Shown here one piece after another: positions 13,101 to 25,340 of a stretch of DNA of 64,000 nucleotides (its first letter is position 1; every line of letters starts with the position of its first letter). The notes below the pieces were generated by a model that ran no database searches, was not told the origin of the DNA, and saw nothing but the letters and a program-made list of their open reading frames with translations. The DNA is from Cenococcum geophilum (lineage: Eukaryota), in assembly GCA_050273025.1 (NCBI GenBank), contig CP158635.1, forward strand, positions 4,464,001 to 4,528,000. The letters are read 5' to 3'. A program made the translations under genes and the position numbers.

Positions 13101-16100
13101 CAATGGTAGGATATTAAAAGACATCTTAATTTGTCTTCCCTTAATAGTTATCTAAATAGGTCCTGTTTTAAGGTTAATAATCCCTTCTCTATAGGTTATT
13201 AGATCTCCTAAAATTGTAACTAATAGGTAAGGTTGCTCCTTTTGTCTGTAAGGTAGTCCTATTCTCTTAACTACTATTAATAAAATATAGTTTCGCGTTA
13301 CTTTACTATCTATTAGCGCTTTAAACTGCTAATCTTACCAATTGATTTATAAATTTAGGTATCGTCCTTAAATTTCTTTAAGGGTCTAAGGCTCTACTAC
13401 TGGCTCCCTCTAATTCTATAGGTCTCTACTTTTCCTAACTATTAGCTGCTTAATCCTAGTGTACTTGGCTTACTCTTTAGCCAATACCTAGTTTACTTTT
13501 TATCTTTAATATGCCATAGACACATGTTTTCTAGGCATTTTTACCACTGTTATCCGTCTAAGCATTCTTCTATAAGGAATTTTCCTGGTTAAAGTACTAA
13601 ACTTCCTTCCTCTTAGGTCTCTATTGGATGCCATCCGTGTATATATTTAGCATTCCTATACTATTACTTGTCCGTTATCTAGTACATCCTTATAAGGTAT
13701 TTTTAATTCTTTTCTTTCGGATTCTTATACATTTCGTATATATTGTCTATATACGCAATCTATAATATTATATAGTGTGCTAGGTGCTTTAGGTTAACTC
13801 TTAGCTCGTCTTCATCCCTAAGTTTAAACCTTTATTATACTAATCTAAACGTTACGACTTCATTTATAGGTACTAAGATACGTCTCTTACTTCTCTAGTC
13901 TTCTAAACGTTCCTCTAGATCCTTTAATATTATAATTAAGGCTCCTTTAATATGCGTTATAGCCTTCTCTATAATCGGGTGGTCCTAAATAACTTTTTTA
14001 TCCAACTATATATAGAAATCTTCCTACTTATTACTATGTCGTTGCCTATACCACTTTTGGTACAGCTGCTAAAGTATATATAATCTGTCCGTAAGGAAAT
14101 ATCTTTTTATTACTGCGTTATAACAGCCCTTTATATGTCGTTCCTTAAACCTAGTAGGAATCCCTAGATTCTCTTCTTGTTCCAGTTTAATAAGCCACTT
14201 AGCTCTTAGTATACCTGCTCTCGGCCTATTAGTAATTCTTTATACTAGTGCTCTATCCTCTATATATCCCAATATACTAAATCTCTTATCTAGTTTCTGT
14301 TCTTGCTATACAATAATTCTTTGCCTAAACTCTTCTATGGTTTCTTTTAGTTTACGCCTTACGCTCTAATCCTTAAAGTCGTCTTGCTTCTTAATCTTAA
14401 TATTAACTTTTTAATCTTTAGGCTAAACACTGTGCTCCCCTAGTAAGTCTTCCGGGTCTATATATTTGTCTCCTAGTCTAATCACTGTTTATGCTGCAGA
14501 TTCTCTGATCTATAAAGAAGCCCCTTACCTCTTATTTGTGGGTGTTCTAATTCGCGCTCTAAATTCTTAGTCCTTTGGATTCTTTAATCCTAAGCTTGCT
14601 TCTGACTTAAGCTTAGCCCCTGCCTTAGTTTAACTAGGCTTGACTAGTGTCCTTATCTTGTCTTAAGAGTCCTAGATCTCACTTATCTCGTCTTGAGAAT
14701 CTTATATTATTAGGAATTCTTGTCCCGAGCTTATTTATATGTCTTTAAACTAAGCTACTGCTCTATTCCATCAGTTTCTGTCCATTATAGGTCCTTAAGC
14801 TTACCTTATCTCATCTTAAGAATCTTAGTTGTTTTTTATCTCATCTTAAGAATCTTAAGCCTTTGGCCTTTTGCCTTTATTAAGTGCCGAAGTAGTTTAC
14901 TATCCTACTTCTCTTGCGTCTTATAAAGCGATAGACATTGTGTCTAGTGGGGTTTCGATCCCTACTAATGTTCCTTATTCTATAACGGAATTATCCTCTA
15001 CCTCTAGTATAATATCTCCGAGGTCTACTCACTCCTAGTAAGCGGCCCTTGTTGCTTTATTGTTACTAAATGTTTCACCTAGGTTAAATTTATTGTCCTT
15101 AATATCCAATCTGCGAATTGGCTCGTTAGTTCCTCTATATTCTACAGGTGCTAGCTCTTATAGCTAATAGCTTACGCCGTACTTAGCGTCCTTATAAATT
15201 TGGCATACGTTGTTGTAACAAAACGCAAAACTTCTAATTAAATATTCTTTTGTTCCTTATAGCATATTGTTGTCCCTTTATACGTATATATCATCTACTA
15301 GTCCCGTGCCCTTTACTATATAGTAACTCTACCCACTTCTATAGTCTCTAATATAATGACCCTGTTTTCCGCAATTTATATAAGCTCCTTCTTTAAACCA
15401 TTTCTCTTATTATAGAGTCCGCCTAAATATCTTCTACTATTAAGATCCCTAATTCGGCCTCTACTCCTTAGACCTTTAATTACTTAATCTTTGTCCTCTA
15501 GGTTTCTATAGTTTGCTTCCTTTTTTATAGGTTTTTTTGGTACCACTTAGGTCCATTAGCTCTACGCCATACTATAGTTTCTAACTTGGCTTTTATTGTT
15601 GCGTACTTTGCGCCTTATACAACTATAGAACTCTGTCCTGGCCTTTCTTAGCCTGTTCCCTTTAGTAGATTTAATTATTAATCTTAATCGCCTAATTTAT
15701 TAGTTCCCTTAGGGTGTCCGTATCTTCTATTAGGATAATTACGTCCTAGACTTTAGCCTTAAGTCCCTGTTTATACTATGCTATAAGCGCCCTATTATTC
15801 CACTTTACTTATATTACTAGTGTCTAGAACTATATTGTATACTTAATTACTAAAGTTCATTACACGAGATTTTGGAGTTTTCTTTCCACTATAATTGTTC
15901 CTTCTGGATCTCCAAACATCTATATAAGTTATTCTACGAATCCTTCCTAGCTTAAAAACATAAACCGCACGTCTTAGTTAGTGGTCGTTATTCCGTTTGC
16001 TTGTATCTCCGTAAGGTAAGGTTTAAACTACTTAAGTGCTTTTCCTGATAAGAATAGTCCTGTGTAGGCTATCCGATCTACAGGTATAGGTAACTTTACT

Positions 16101-16428
16101 CCTTTTTACGAGACCTTAAAGTGCATCTATATAAGGAATCCTTTAAGCCTTAACCTCTCCCCTGTAAATCTCTTAATTAATAGTAGCTTGATCTTTACTA
16201 CTTCTATCCCGTTAAGTCTTTCTTCTAACACTATATTATTAGCTATTAGCTAGTTAACTACCTCCTATAGCTGTCCGACCGTCACAGGTTGCTATAAGTT
16301 AGTATCCGCTATACTGGTATTACCTCCTATTCTTAAAGTAGTTGCTACCGTTAATGGCGTTATGGTGGCTACTTTTAGTAGTATATTATTTGACTTCTTA
16401 TATTAATACCGTAACTAGGTAGTAATTA

Positions 16429-16853
16429 TATAACGGAACCTTATAGCAAGAACTACAATGGGTTTATTAATGGGCTAGGTGTGTAGGAAATGCAAGTATA
16501 AGAGTTAACAAGGTAATAACAACTGGTAGAGTGGTTGCCTAATAGATTAACTCCAATTATATTCTGAGAATTACTATAAGGAAGGAACTATCTAGGTAGG
16601 GACTAAGGGTCCTTAAATACACAACCGTACTCCTAAGAAAGTTGTTACTCTGTCTTCTCTGTCTGCTCTGCTCGCTCTATAACAGATCTTATAGATTACA
16701 CAGATTATATAGATTACATCACGTGACTCTGCTTACCATTCCTTGTTATATGGTTCTATGGGTTCTATCCTAGACCGTGCCTGTATTAACTAACTAGCTT
16801 CTTCCGACTCTTCTCTAAGTAGTTGTAACATCGTACTTAAAGCGTCCGTAACA
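16429..16853 (-). repeat. 5' LTR of element E
   Basis: Direct repeat of 8903-9327, adjacent to gag. Confidence 0.93.
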
Positions 16854-16858
16854 CATAT

Positions 16859-17950
16859 GCTTAGGCGACCCTTATAGCCACCAAACGATATTATACACCT
16901 TACTAATTAAGCTCTTCTTCCTCCACTCCTTATACTAATCCTCCTCGCTTATACTTACAAGGCTCCTCTAAAAGAGGCTTAGCCTATTGCTAAATACAAT
17001 TGCCTTAGTAATAAGGTTAAGGATATAGCTAGAGCACCTAATACGGCGTTCCTTAGCGTCCTATCCGCATTGGATTGCAAGGAGGTTAATAGCTCTATTA
17101 TTTAGGCTAGCATTATCGCCAATAAGGAAGCTAATCTTATAGGTAATATTATATCGTTCTAATACACTAGAAAGCAGAGCTATAATATTCTCTTCGGTCT
17201 TAGAGCTATAGATCTTAGGCAAGCCAATTAGAAGAGTCCATGCATGGCCAATCTTATTAATAAAGTAGGCCACTATAGAGAGGACGCCTACACTACTACG
17301 AGAACTCCAGCCATTAAAGCTTATATAAATCCTACTAATTACGTTCCGTATAAGCTTAGCAACGGCTTTGCAGGCACTAATATAGCGGGCCTTAATCTAG
17401 GCGCGACTACTCTTATATAAGTTAGGGCAGATACCATCTATAGTAGGATTTAAGAGCTTAATAAGGCGTTATAGGTAGGAGCTAGTGCTCTACCGCCTAG
17501 TAATTCCTTCTATAATAATAAACTTAGTAAATAGCCTTCGCGCCTTATCTAAATTAACTGGTGTAACCAGATTATATAACATCGTAGGAGAGAAAGTGGA
17601 GGTGGGTAAGGTAGAGGATTCACTAGGGGGAAGATTAGACCCATTTTGGCCAATTTAGTGGTACCTATAGAGGTATCCAATTATATAAGTCGTACTGGTG
17701 GCAGAGAATATAAAGTTATAGTAAGCTTTTTAAAAGAGGCCTGCTCCTTATAATAGAATTATTAGTATTAGGGTATCTATATTAAGAGCCTAACTTACAA
17801 CGCTCGCAGGCCTAGCAATCACGCCTATTTCGGTTTTTAATTAAATATCTATAAGCCTATATATATAACTTCTAGGTGCGCCTACGGCGTAAAAAGGAAG
17901 GCTTATAACCAGGTAGAAGATCCTTCTAGCTAATTACTTAACGGCCGTCT
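16859..17950 (-). pseudogene. hAT transposase, N-terminal and catalytic part (RIP-degraded)
   Basis: IYISFNGWSS (first catalytic D region), FLIGDNASLN (second D) and RRIRCSSYILNLITKA (CxxH motif). Upstream boundary approximate. Confidence 0.8.
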
Positions 17951-19141
17951 TTTAAGAGCAGTCTTCTGCCTATTACTTCGCCAATATTAGAGTCTTCTAC
18001 ATCAGTATCTTTAGCAGGAGGGTCCATAATTATACAATTAGCAGTCTCCTTAATAGTAGAGACTGTAGCGGGAATGCTCTTAGGGGGAGTACTATAAAGG
18101 TAGCTCCGTACGCCGCTAGAGCTATAGGAGGAAGATATATAGCTACACTAGGTACCCGCAGAGTAGCAGGAAGCAGCCAGAACTTAAGTAATAAAGCGGT
18201 CTATTATAATTAGCAAGGAGAGAAAATAAAGTAGGTAGTTTTATAAAGCAGGAATAATTTAGTAGAGAATTCTAGTAGGGACTTATTAACTTTTATACTA
18301 AGATTCTAATCGCATTACGGTTGCGTTCCTATCGCGACGTATATATAGCCACACGCGGTCTAAACGTGTAGTAAAATTTCTGGCGCTTATAATAATATCA
18401 TTAAAGTAATTTCCAAGCCTTAGAATAAGCAAAAATAATACAATAATAGTAAGGTATTAGTAAGAGAAAGGAGCTAACAATAGAGGGAGTTTAACGTTGT
18501 TTTCCGCGTATAGCCCTAACTCTAATCTAGCTAATCAAATCCATAGAATTAAGGTTATATACACAGGCCTCCCCCTTTAAAAGAACTTTGAACTTCGTAT
18601 AAGACTTTTAGCTACCCCCCCTTCTTACCTCCCTTACCCTTAATCACCACCTTATACAGCTATTTAGATCCTATCACGCTTAAAAAACGTAGTAACGTAT
18701 ATAAAGCGCGTTTTAGGAAACTTTAGGCTAATTCTAACCACAAATTTGCGCCCCCTAAACTTACCACTATACTAACTTTATAATAGCTACTTACATACCT
18801 ACCACGATAGCCCTACTGGAAAGGCTTCTACCCGTACCTCTCTTCCTATGGCTTCTAACGGCGTATATTACCATTAAAATAAGTTAATTTAGGCCTTATA
18901 GAACTACCTCTAGGTTTATCCTAAAGCTCATTTCTATATAAGACTACACCATTATTAGCTACTTCCAATACCGCCACCAATATACACCTCTACCCCCCTT
19001 ATCCGACCTCAATCCGATCCAATCCGGATTAAGACGGATAACCTCACGGACGGATTAGATTAATAGGTTAATTTTTAGATTAGCAATCCGTCGACTAATT
19101 AATTACGGATTGGACGCTTAATTAGCCACGCTAGACAAATC

Positions 19142-20274
19142 GGCCTATTCGCTTTTCCAGGTCAATCGAACATGACGGGTCGGCGGCTGCCTCTAACATG
19201 GTATGTAAACGTGCTTTCTTCTCGCCATATGCAAGCCATTTCGCTAAGCTTCTTAGGCCTGCAAAGCTGCGAAGCAAGAAAGGAGCCAAGATATACACTC
19301 TGCTAGATGCTGCTACACTAGCAACGACATGTTCAATTGATCTACGTGATAAGGGAGCTCCGGACTTCACATGTGTCAGTTTCTACAAAATATTTGGCTT
19401 TCCTAATATTGGTGCTCTGATTGTTCGCAAGGAAGCAGGCCATATGCTCCAACAGCGGAAATATTTTGGCGGTGGAACCGTGGACATAATTATCGCTCTC
19501 GATGACACCTGGCACGCAAAAAAGGATTCCTCACTTCATGATGAGTTAGAAGATGGCACACTGCCATTTCACTCCATCTTCGCCCTTGGCCACGCCCTTG
19601 ACGTTCATCAGCAGTTATTTAAGTCAATGTCCCGGATCTCTGCGCACACAGCCTATCTTGCCAAACGACTTTTCAGGGGCATAAGTACTCTAACTCACTC
19701 TAATGGGCTGTCAGTCTGCCGCATATATAAAGACCCAGAAGCCATATACGGTGATCCCAAGACGCAAGGCGCAACGATCGCGTTCAACGTATTCGACTCC
19801 GTTGGTACGCCTATCCCATTTACCGAAGTCGAGAAGTTGGCCAACATCAACGGAATATATATCCGCGCTGGAGGGCTATGTAACCCTGGAGGTGTAGCCA
19901 ACTTTCTGGAGTTTGATGCCTCCGAAATGAGGGCGGCTTTCGCGGCTGGACACCGCTGTAGCCGGCCATTGGTGGTTATGCAGGGTAGAGCCACTGGAGT
20001 TGTGAGAGTGTCCCTAGGCGCCATGAGTACATTATCGGACGTCAATACATTCTTAACCTTCTTGGAGAATAATTACGCCGTAGGAACAGTCAGCTCAGGG
20101 CTACAGCGGTCGAGCAAGTCTTCCGTCGCTGAATCAGTTATTATGCACAAAACAGCAACTCATACAATTACCATAACGACAAATGGAAAGGCGAAAAGGC
20201 ACTGGATGAAAACCCTAACCAATCTAATTCGAACCAAAAAGGATGTCGACAATTCTCTGCGTGTAAGCGCTTAA
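19142..20274 (+). pseudogene. Molybdenum cofactor sulfurase-like gene, 3' half (no C-terminal MOSC domain visible)
   Basis: Resumes in frame after the TSD with GLFAFPGQSNMTGRRLPLTW, then an intron (GTATGT..TTAG). Continues with LLDAA, SFYKIFGFPNIGALIVRK (PLP lysine), YFGGGTV, LEDGTLPFHSI, IRAGGLCNPGG (catalytic Cys) and GVVRVSLGAMS. Confidence 0.9.
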
Positions 20275-20929
20275 AGGCTATTTGTACGCTTTTTGACCAT
20301 TCCCGAGATGCTAGCATCTGCTTGTACCATCATCTTCCGTCTCATACGAGACAAAATACTCACGGTTTACAACCGATTTTAAACACTGTAATTGTTTTTC
20401 GTTTAATGCACATATATCTTTTCTTTTGTAGCAACCTCTACTCTCATGACGATCTTTCATCCGTGTCTTGTGCTCTTCTTGGTGTGTTATCTCTTATGTA
20501 TCATTTATGTTCCTATCTGCTCTTTTATCGCATGGAGACAGGTTTTTCGGTGTTGGTTCAGGACGGAAAGTCTCACGCGCTGTTAATACCGTTGGTTTCA
20601 GTCCCACATTCCTCAGACGTTTCTCTCCCTTATGATTAAAATATTATGTCAACAGTCGTACAGTCTTTCCTCCATAGGAGTCATATTAATGTATTATTTC
20701 CGAAAAAGTAATATTGAATTCTCGGCTATCACTCGAATATTATCCTTGATCACTTATTACGCCTTAGTTGATGTCTGCAGTGACTATTATAACCTCAGTT
20801 CTTTTTCTAGTCTTTGCGATCATGGGTGTACTAGCAGAGTCTAGAGGCTTAACCGCCAACACTGTGCACTATAACCCTAGAGCTATCCAGGCCCCGACCC
20901 AAAACACGGGTAAGTACTTACTAAGGGTA

Positions 20930-21260
20930 AACGACCGGTGCTAAAGGAGCGCTATACGGATATTAAGCTCTACAAGATTGATGATAATATTAACTAGGTG
21001 TTGAACGTAGAATAAGGTCAGGAAAGGAGGACTCGTGTGTAGATTGATCTACGAAGAAAAGAGACTATATATACATGAGGTAGTACGTAATGACTAGGTT
21101 ATAGAAACAGGTTTGTAAAACATTAGCGGGGTAGTAAGACATAGGGTGGTCCGTTCGACACTAGGGTAGGATTAAACTACACTATACTGGGCGTAGACTA
21201 GCTAGTAGACGGCTTAATAAAGGCTCTACTAAAGGACGTCTATAAGGCGTTTAAAGACGG
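20930..21260 (+). mobile_element. Ty1/copia RNase H relic, interrupted by a solo LTR
   Basis: KERYTDIKLYKI (KHID-like motif) precedes the solo LTR and VD*LVDGLIKAL (ADGLTKAL motif) follows it. Boundaries approximate. Confidence 0.65.
20999..21160. mobile_element. Solo LTR (162 bp)
   Basis: Inverted termini TGTTGAACG...CGTTCGACA. 5-bp TSD CTAGG (20994-20998, 21161-21165). Confidence 0.8.
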
Positions 21261-21436
21261 GTATTAAAGTTACTAAAGTCTCCTAGGTTATCTAGGCCTA
21301 ATTAGAAAATTATACTACGACCGGCAAAACCTCGGAATTAATGACAGTTAACTCGGTTATGATTTTTAAAAGCTTACTAATACTATTTTTTAGTAACGTG
21401 TTTTATCAGTTATCTGGTAAAAAAACCTTTTAATTA

Positions 21437-22111
21437 GGCCACTACTAGTCGCACACCCCCTAATTACTGCGCGCACACCCCCCAATTACTGCTCGCACAT
21501 CCCCCCGAAACAGGCTTAGATCCTTCCACTTTAAGTTAGAATATTACGTGTGTTTGACTTATTTACACCCAAATCGCGAAAATCAAAGTGTTAAAATATA
21601 ATATCTTCAAGATTGTCCTAAGTTAACTGGTAGGACTACGGAGTGCTCTGCGAGACGCTGTAAGAACTAGATTGGGTGCTGCTGTCTCTATTTAAACATC
21701 TGTAGATTGCCTCTGAGCACACCCGCGCCCGCGCCCGCGCCCGCGCCTACACCTGCGCCTACACTTGTGCCCACGTGGCACCCGCGGGTAGTGCAGCCAG
21801 TATTTCGCTCGAATACTAAGAGCTCCCGCTGAGTGGAGTTATTGATGCGATTTGTAGAGCCAGCAGTAGAGCCAGCCAGCCGCGCGACCGCGACCGCGAC
21901 GACGCTCTACAATTGTAGGCTCTTGGTATGGGCGCGTGGTGTTGTTTTCGCGATTTGGGTGTAAACAAGTCAAACACACGTGATATTCTAACTTGAAGTG
22001 GAAGGATCTAAGCCCGTTTCGGGGGGTGTGCGAGCAGTAATTGGGGGGTGTGCGAGCAGTAATTGGGGGGTGTGCGCGCAGTAATTAGGGGGTGTGCGAC
22101 TAGTAGTGGCC
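21437..22111 (-). mobile_element. Non-autonomous Mutator-like element 1 with long TIRs
   Basis: TIRs of about 145-165 bp starting GGCCACTACTAGTCGCACACCCCC, with 22-bp internal repeats. 8-bp TSD TTTAATTA. Minus-strand relic NSTQRELLVFERNT resembles a fungal MULE transposase C-terminus. Confidence 0.85.
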
Positions 22112-22123
22112 TTTAATTATTAA

Positions 22124-22822
22124 GGTCAACGATAATCATACACCCCCTAAATGATACGCGTACACCCCCCAATTGATACGCATACACCCCCTACCTTATT
22201 TGGTTTAGACGCTTCCTCATTAAGTTAGATGTTTCCTCATTAAGTTAGAATATCACGTGCGTTTGACTTGTTTGCGCCTGCATCGCGAAAATCAAAGTGT
22301 GTGCCATGTACGCAACACCACAATCAAGTCTTGATTTTAGTTATAGTATAAGTAGTAGAGTCTAAATTTGGATCGCGACTGAGTCGATTAATTGGATTGC
22401 GCAGTGCTTTATAAGGCGTCGCGCAAACTGATTTAGGTGCTGCCACCTGCTTCGCGCCCCCGCGCCCGCGCCCGGTGGGACCCAAATTAACACCTCTGCT
22501 TCGCATCCAAGGACCTGCAATTGTAGAGCGTCGCGGCGGTCGGCTAACCAACCCTACAACCGGCTCTATAATTGCCAATCGCGTTGACAGATCTACTCGT
22601 AGAGAGCCCTCAGCATTTGAGCGAAATACTGGCTATACCATAGGCTCGCACTTTGAATTTCGTGATGCAGGCGCAAACAAGTCAAACGCACGTGATATTC
22701 TAACTTAATGAGGAAACATCTAACTTAATGAGGAAGCGTCTAAACCAAATAATGTAGGGGGTGTATGCGTATCAATTGGGGGGTGTACGCGTATCATTTA
22801 GGGGGTGTATGATTATCGGACC
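22124..22822 (+). mobile_element. Non-autonomous Mutator-like element 2 with long TIRs
   Basis: TIRs of about 165 bp (GGTC..CGATAATCATACACCCCC). Perfect 8-bp TSD ATTATTAA (22116-22123, 22823-22830). Internal PAIVERRGGR...STRREPSAFERNT. Confidence 0.85.
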
Positions 22823-22869
22823 ATTATTAATTATAATTAGTATTTAATTAACGGACTTTTTTTCTATAC

Positions 22870-23022
22870 ACTGACTAATATTATAACCGTATCACTAGCT
22901 AAAGCGTATTCAGTACGTATTACAGATCTTATACGGTTACGGGTCACGGTATAGTATTAAAGCGTATATTGTATTGTATTTACGGCCGTAATACGGAATA
23001 AGTAATACTATTGACCACACTG
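22870..23022. mobile_element. Probable orphan hAT terminus
   Basis: RIP-like DNA with repeated CGTAT/ATACG motifs ending in TTGACCACACTG (reverse complement CAGTGTGGTCAA), similar to the other hAT TIRs in the window. No partner end was found. Confidence 0.5.
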
Positions 23023-23034
23023 ATCACATGGTTT

Positions 23035-24844
23035 TCATCTTCCTCCGATCTGGCCCTTGGGGATGGGTCTTATCCAAATGACAGATAAATTCATCGCGAT
23101 ATGCAAGATACCACAGATCCAGATGGCCCGAGCATAGTCAGTGCCATTGTAGCGGAAGATAATGGCAAAGATCACACCACCCAAATTGCCTGCTGCGCCA
23201 GTGAGGCCAGAAAGGATGCCTACGCATACGAATTAAATGAAGGGAATTTTAGATGGTCGCTGCAGAAATGGCATTGGAGAACTTACCATTAGCAAAGGGA
23301 TGAACATGAGGCACAAGAGCGAAGTTGGCACCATTCCCAGCCTCATGAAAGAAAGCCATGCCAGCAATTAGCCCAAACATGGTCGGTTGATGGTGAGGGT
23401 CCTTGAGGCCAATCACGATCAAGAAGATGCCAGTAGAGATACCAACAAAGTGTATCCACATCTTCTTTAGCCAGAAGGAATGAGTGTATTTGTAGATCAA
23501 GTCGCCGACGAATCCACCCGATGGCCGAGTAATGACGTTGAGAAGACCGTACATGGACGCCCATCTGCCGCTGAGGGTTTGACCGAGTTTTGGGAAGTTC
23601 TTAAGATAGTATGCCCCGAGAACGGAGTTGAGAGCAAGCTCGCCGCCAAATGAACAAAAGTACGCAGCCGTGAGAGTGAGAGTCTGCAGGGAGAAAATGA
23701 CTGGAAGTGCCTCTGATATGCTAGGGGTTTGAATGATTTCCCCACGAGCGCAAGTGATCGTCTCAATTTCGCCAACTTGGATCTCCTCGTCGCTAGGTTG
23801 TTGCTCCTGAATCTTCAGCTTTCCATCGGATTCAGTTGGCGATTCGTTGGTGTTTGTGGCTTTGTCGGCGATTAAGCCAGGGATGTCAACGGCAGTGGTT
23901 CCTGGAACAGCAAGGTGGCGATTGGACCACGTTCCTATAGGTGTATCTTCGGCGAGTGTAAGCATACCGATGGCGGTTGCGGTGATCAAAATGAAGGGAA
24001 CAATGAATGCGACACGCCAGGCCTGGGTGGGGGTTAAGCCTTGACCGTGGACAAGAGAATCAAAGATTACCGGCATGACGAAACTGTTCACGATGTTACT
24101 GTTTGACATCAAATGTGTCCGACAAGCCGTGAGAGCTTACTACGTAATGCCCCCACCAGCATTACCCCACCCCCCAGCTAACGCGTTGGCTGATCCGACA
24201 ACATTCTTGTCGAAGAAGCCAGTAGTCCAGACCTGGCACGGGACAAAGACTGCACCAAGGATACCGACGAAAAACCGCAATACCATAAGACCCGCTGCGT
24301 TTGTGACTAAGCCAGCCATTGCCGTTGGGAGAGCACCCATCAATAAAAAGCTGGCATACACCTTCCGAGGACCCCATCTATCACAAGCTGGTCCGGCTAG
24401 CGCTCGAGCAACGAGACTGAATCTTCATTAAAACTCCGAATACATGGCTTAAAGGGTGGTGAGGAACATACGTAGCGGTGAGCGCAAGAATGTTCGAATT
24501 CGAAATTTCGTCGGCAGAGAGATTGAGGTCCTTTTTGATCGTGATGGACATCTGGTTGTTCCGTATTAGCCTGTTGGTCGATGACGAGACTCCCATGTCG
24601 GCCATATTTCTGACTTACTAGCGGCGGGAACGTATACCTGCGAATTTTGATTAGCTGATGCACTGGCATGTATGTCCGGATGCCGGACTTACCAACCCCA
24701 AAAGGCGATGAAGAAGCCCCACCAAGAAAAGAAAAACGCCCGGCCATACTTGTCGATGGGGTTGAACACAGGAATCGACCTAGCCTTGTGATTGATTGGA
24801 TTGATCTTTGGGGCCTTGAACAAGATCGCCAAGGTGAAGCCCAT
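23035..24844 (-). CDS. nrtA: High-affinity nitrate/nitrite transporter (NRT2/NNP family, MFS), multi-exon, apparently intact
   Basis: Starts [25 protein letters not shown]...[12 protein letters not shown]. Contains MFS motif [10 protein letters not shown], nitrate signatures [10 protein letters not shown] and [14 protein letters not shown], and [16 protein letters not shown]. Ends [12 protein letters not shown] with TGA at 23035-23037. Confidence 0.93.
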
Positions 24845-25067
24845 CGTGATGCTTTTTCTGTATACAAGGGAACAGAAGCAGCTTGCTTTGCGAGAGAAAA
24901 TGGGCAAGATGCCTATAGTTTTGGGCAGAATTCTGGAGGCCGAGGCAAGTGATTCAGATCAGGGGAACATGAGCATACTCAAGTTTCACCCCAGGGTGTG
25001 CCCTGACCTGTTATAGGATGAGAAAAGGTCATATCCCTAGTCAGTTCAACGACTGTAGAAGAGTTTT

Positions 25068-25075
25068 CTCCGTGG
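25068..25075. promoter_or_regulatory. NirA-type binding site CTCCGTGG upstream of the nitrate transporter
   Basis: Exact match to the NirA consensus CTCCGHGG, about 225 bp upstream of the ATG. Confidence 0.6.
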
Positions 25076-25340
25076 ACAAGTATGATATACAGGATCAGTT
25101 GCCTCCACGAGCAACCAAGGTGGGCTTGGCCGGACTAGGAGTCAGCAAGTCTAAAAGGGTTCAAAAAGCCAAAGCTGTCGAAAACAACTCTAGAAGGCTT
25201 ATCTGAGGGCGGCGGTTCTCTTGGCCTCTTGACCTTATGGATAACAGATCTGGCTGTGCGTATCAGCTTTCAGAAGACAATCAACGCCGAGGAATTACCT
25301 CCCTATGTTCCCATATCTGTCCAGCTGAAATGCCTTCCAT

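Larger units (their letters stand above)
8903..16853 (-). mobile_element. Ty3/gypsy chromovirus LTR retrotransposon E (about 7.95 kb), RIP-inactivated
   Basis: 425-bp LTRs at 8903-9327 and 16429-16853. 5-bp TSD CATAC/CATAT. Gag RFTGERLRLKGFL and a zinc-knuckle relic; RT motif AYLNNIIIY (RIP of YLDD, about 12330-12360); RNase H, integrase, and a chromodomain near 10070-10260. Confidence 0.93.
7077..19133 (-). mobile_element. RIP-mutated full-length hAT transposon, containing nested Ty3 element E
   Basis: TIRs CAGCGTGGCCAAT / ATTAGCCACGCTA. Perfect 8-bp TSD GACAAATC (7069-7076, 19134-19141). Subterminal AATCCG/CGGATT repeats at both ends. Transposase motifs on the minus strand. Confidence 0.93.

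Noticed and set aside
21445..22810. Regularly spaced CACACCCCC repeats that look array- or CRISPR-like
   Set aside because: They are 22-bp subrepeats within Mutator TIRs, mirrored at both ends. There are no unique spacers or cas genes, and the context is eukaryotic.
6404..24844. A functional cluster of the Moco sulfurase-like gene with the nitrate transporter
   Set aside because: Moco sulfuration serves xanthine-oxidase-family enzymes, not nitrate reductase, and no niaD or niiA is present. Adjacency alone is weak evidence.
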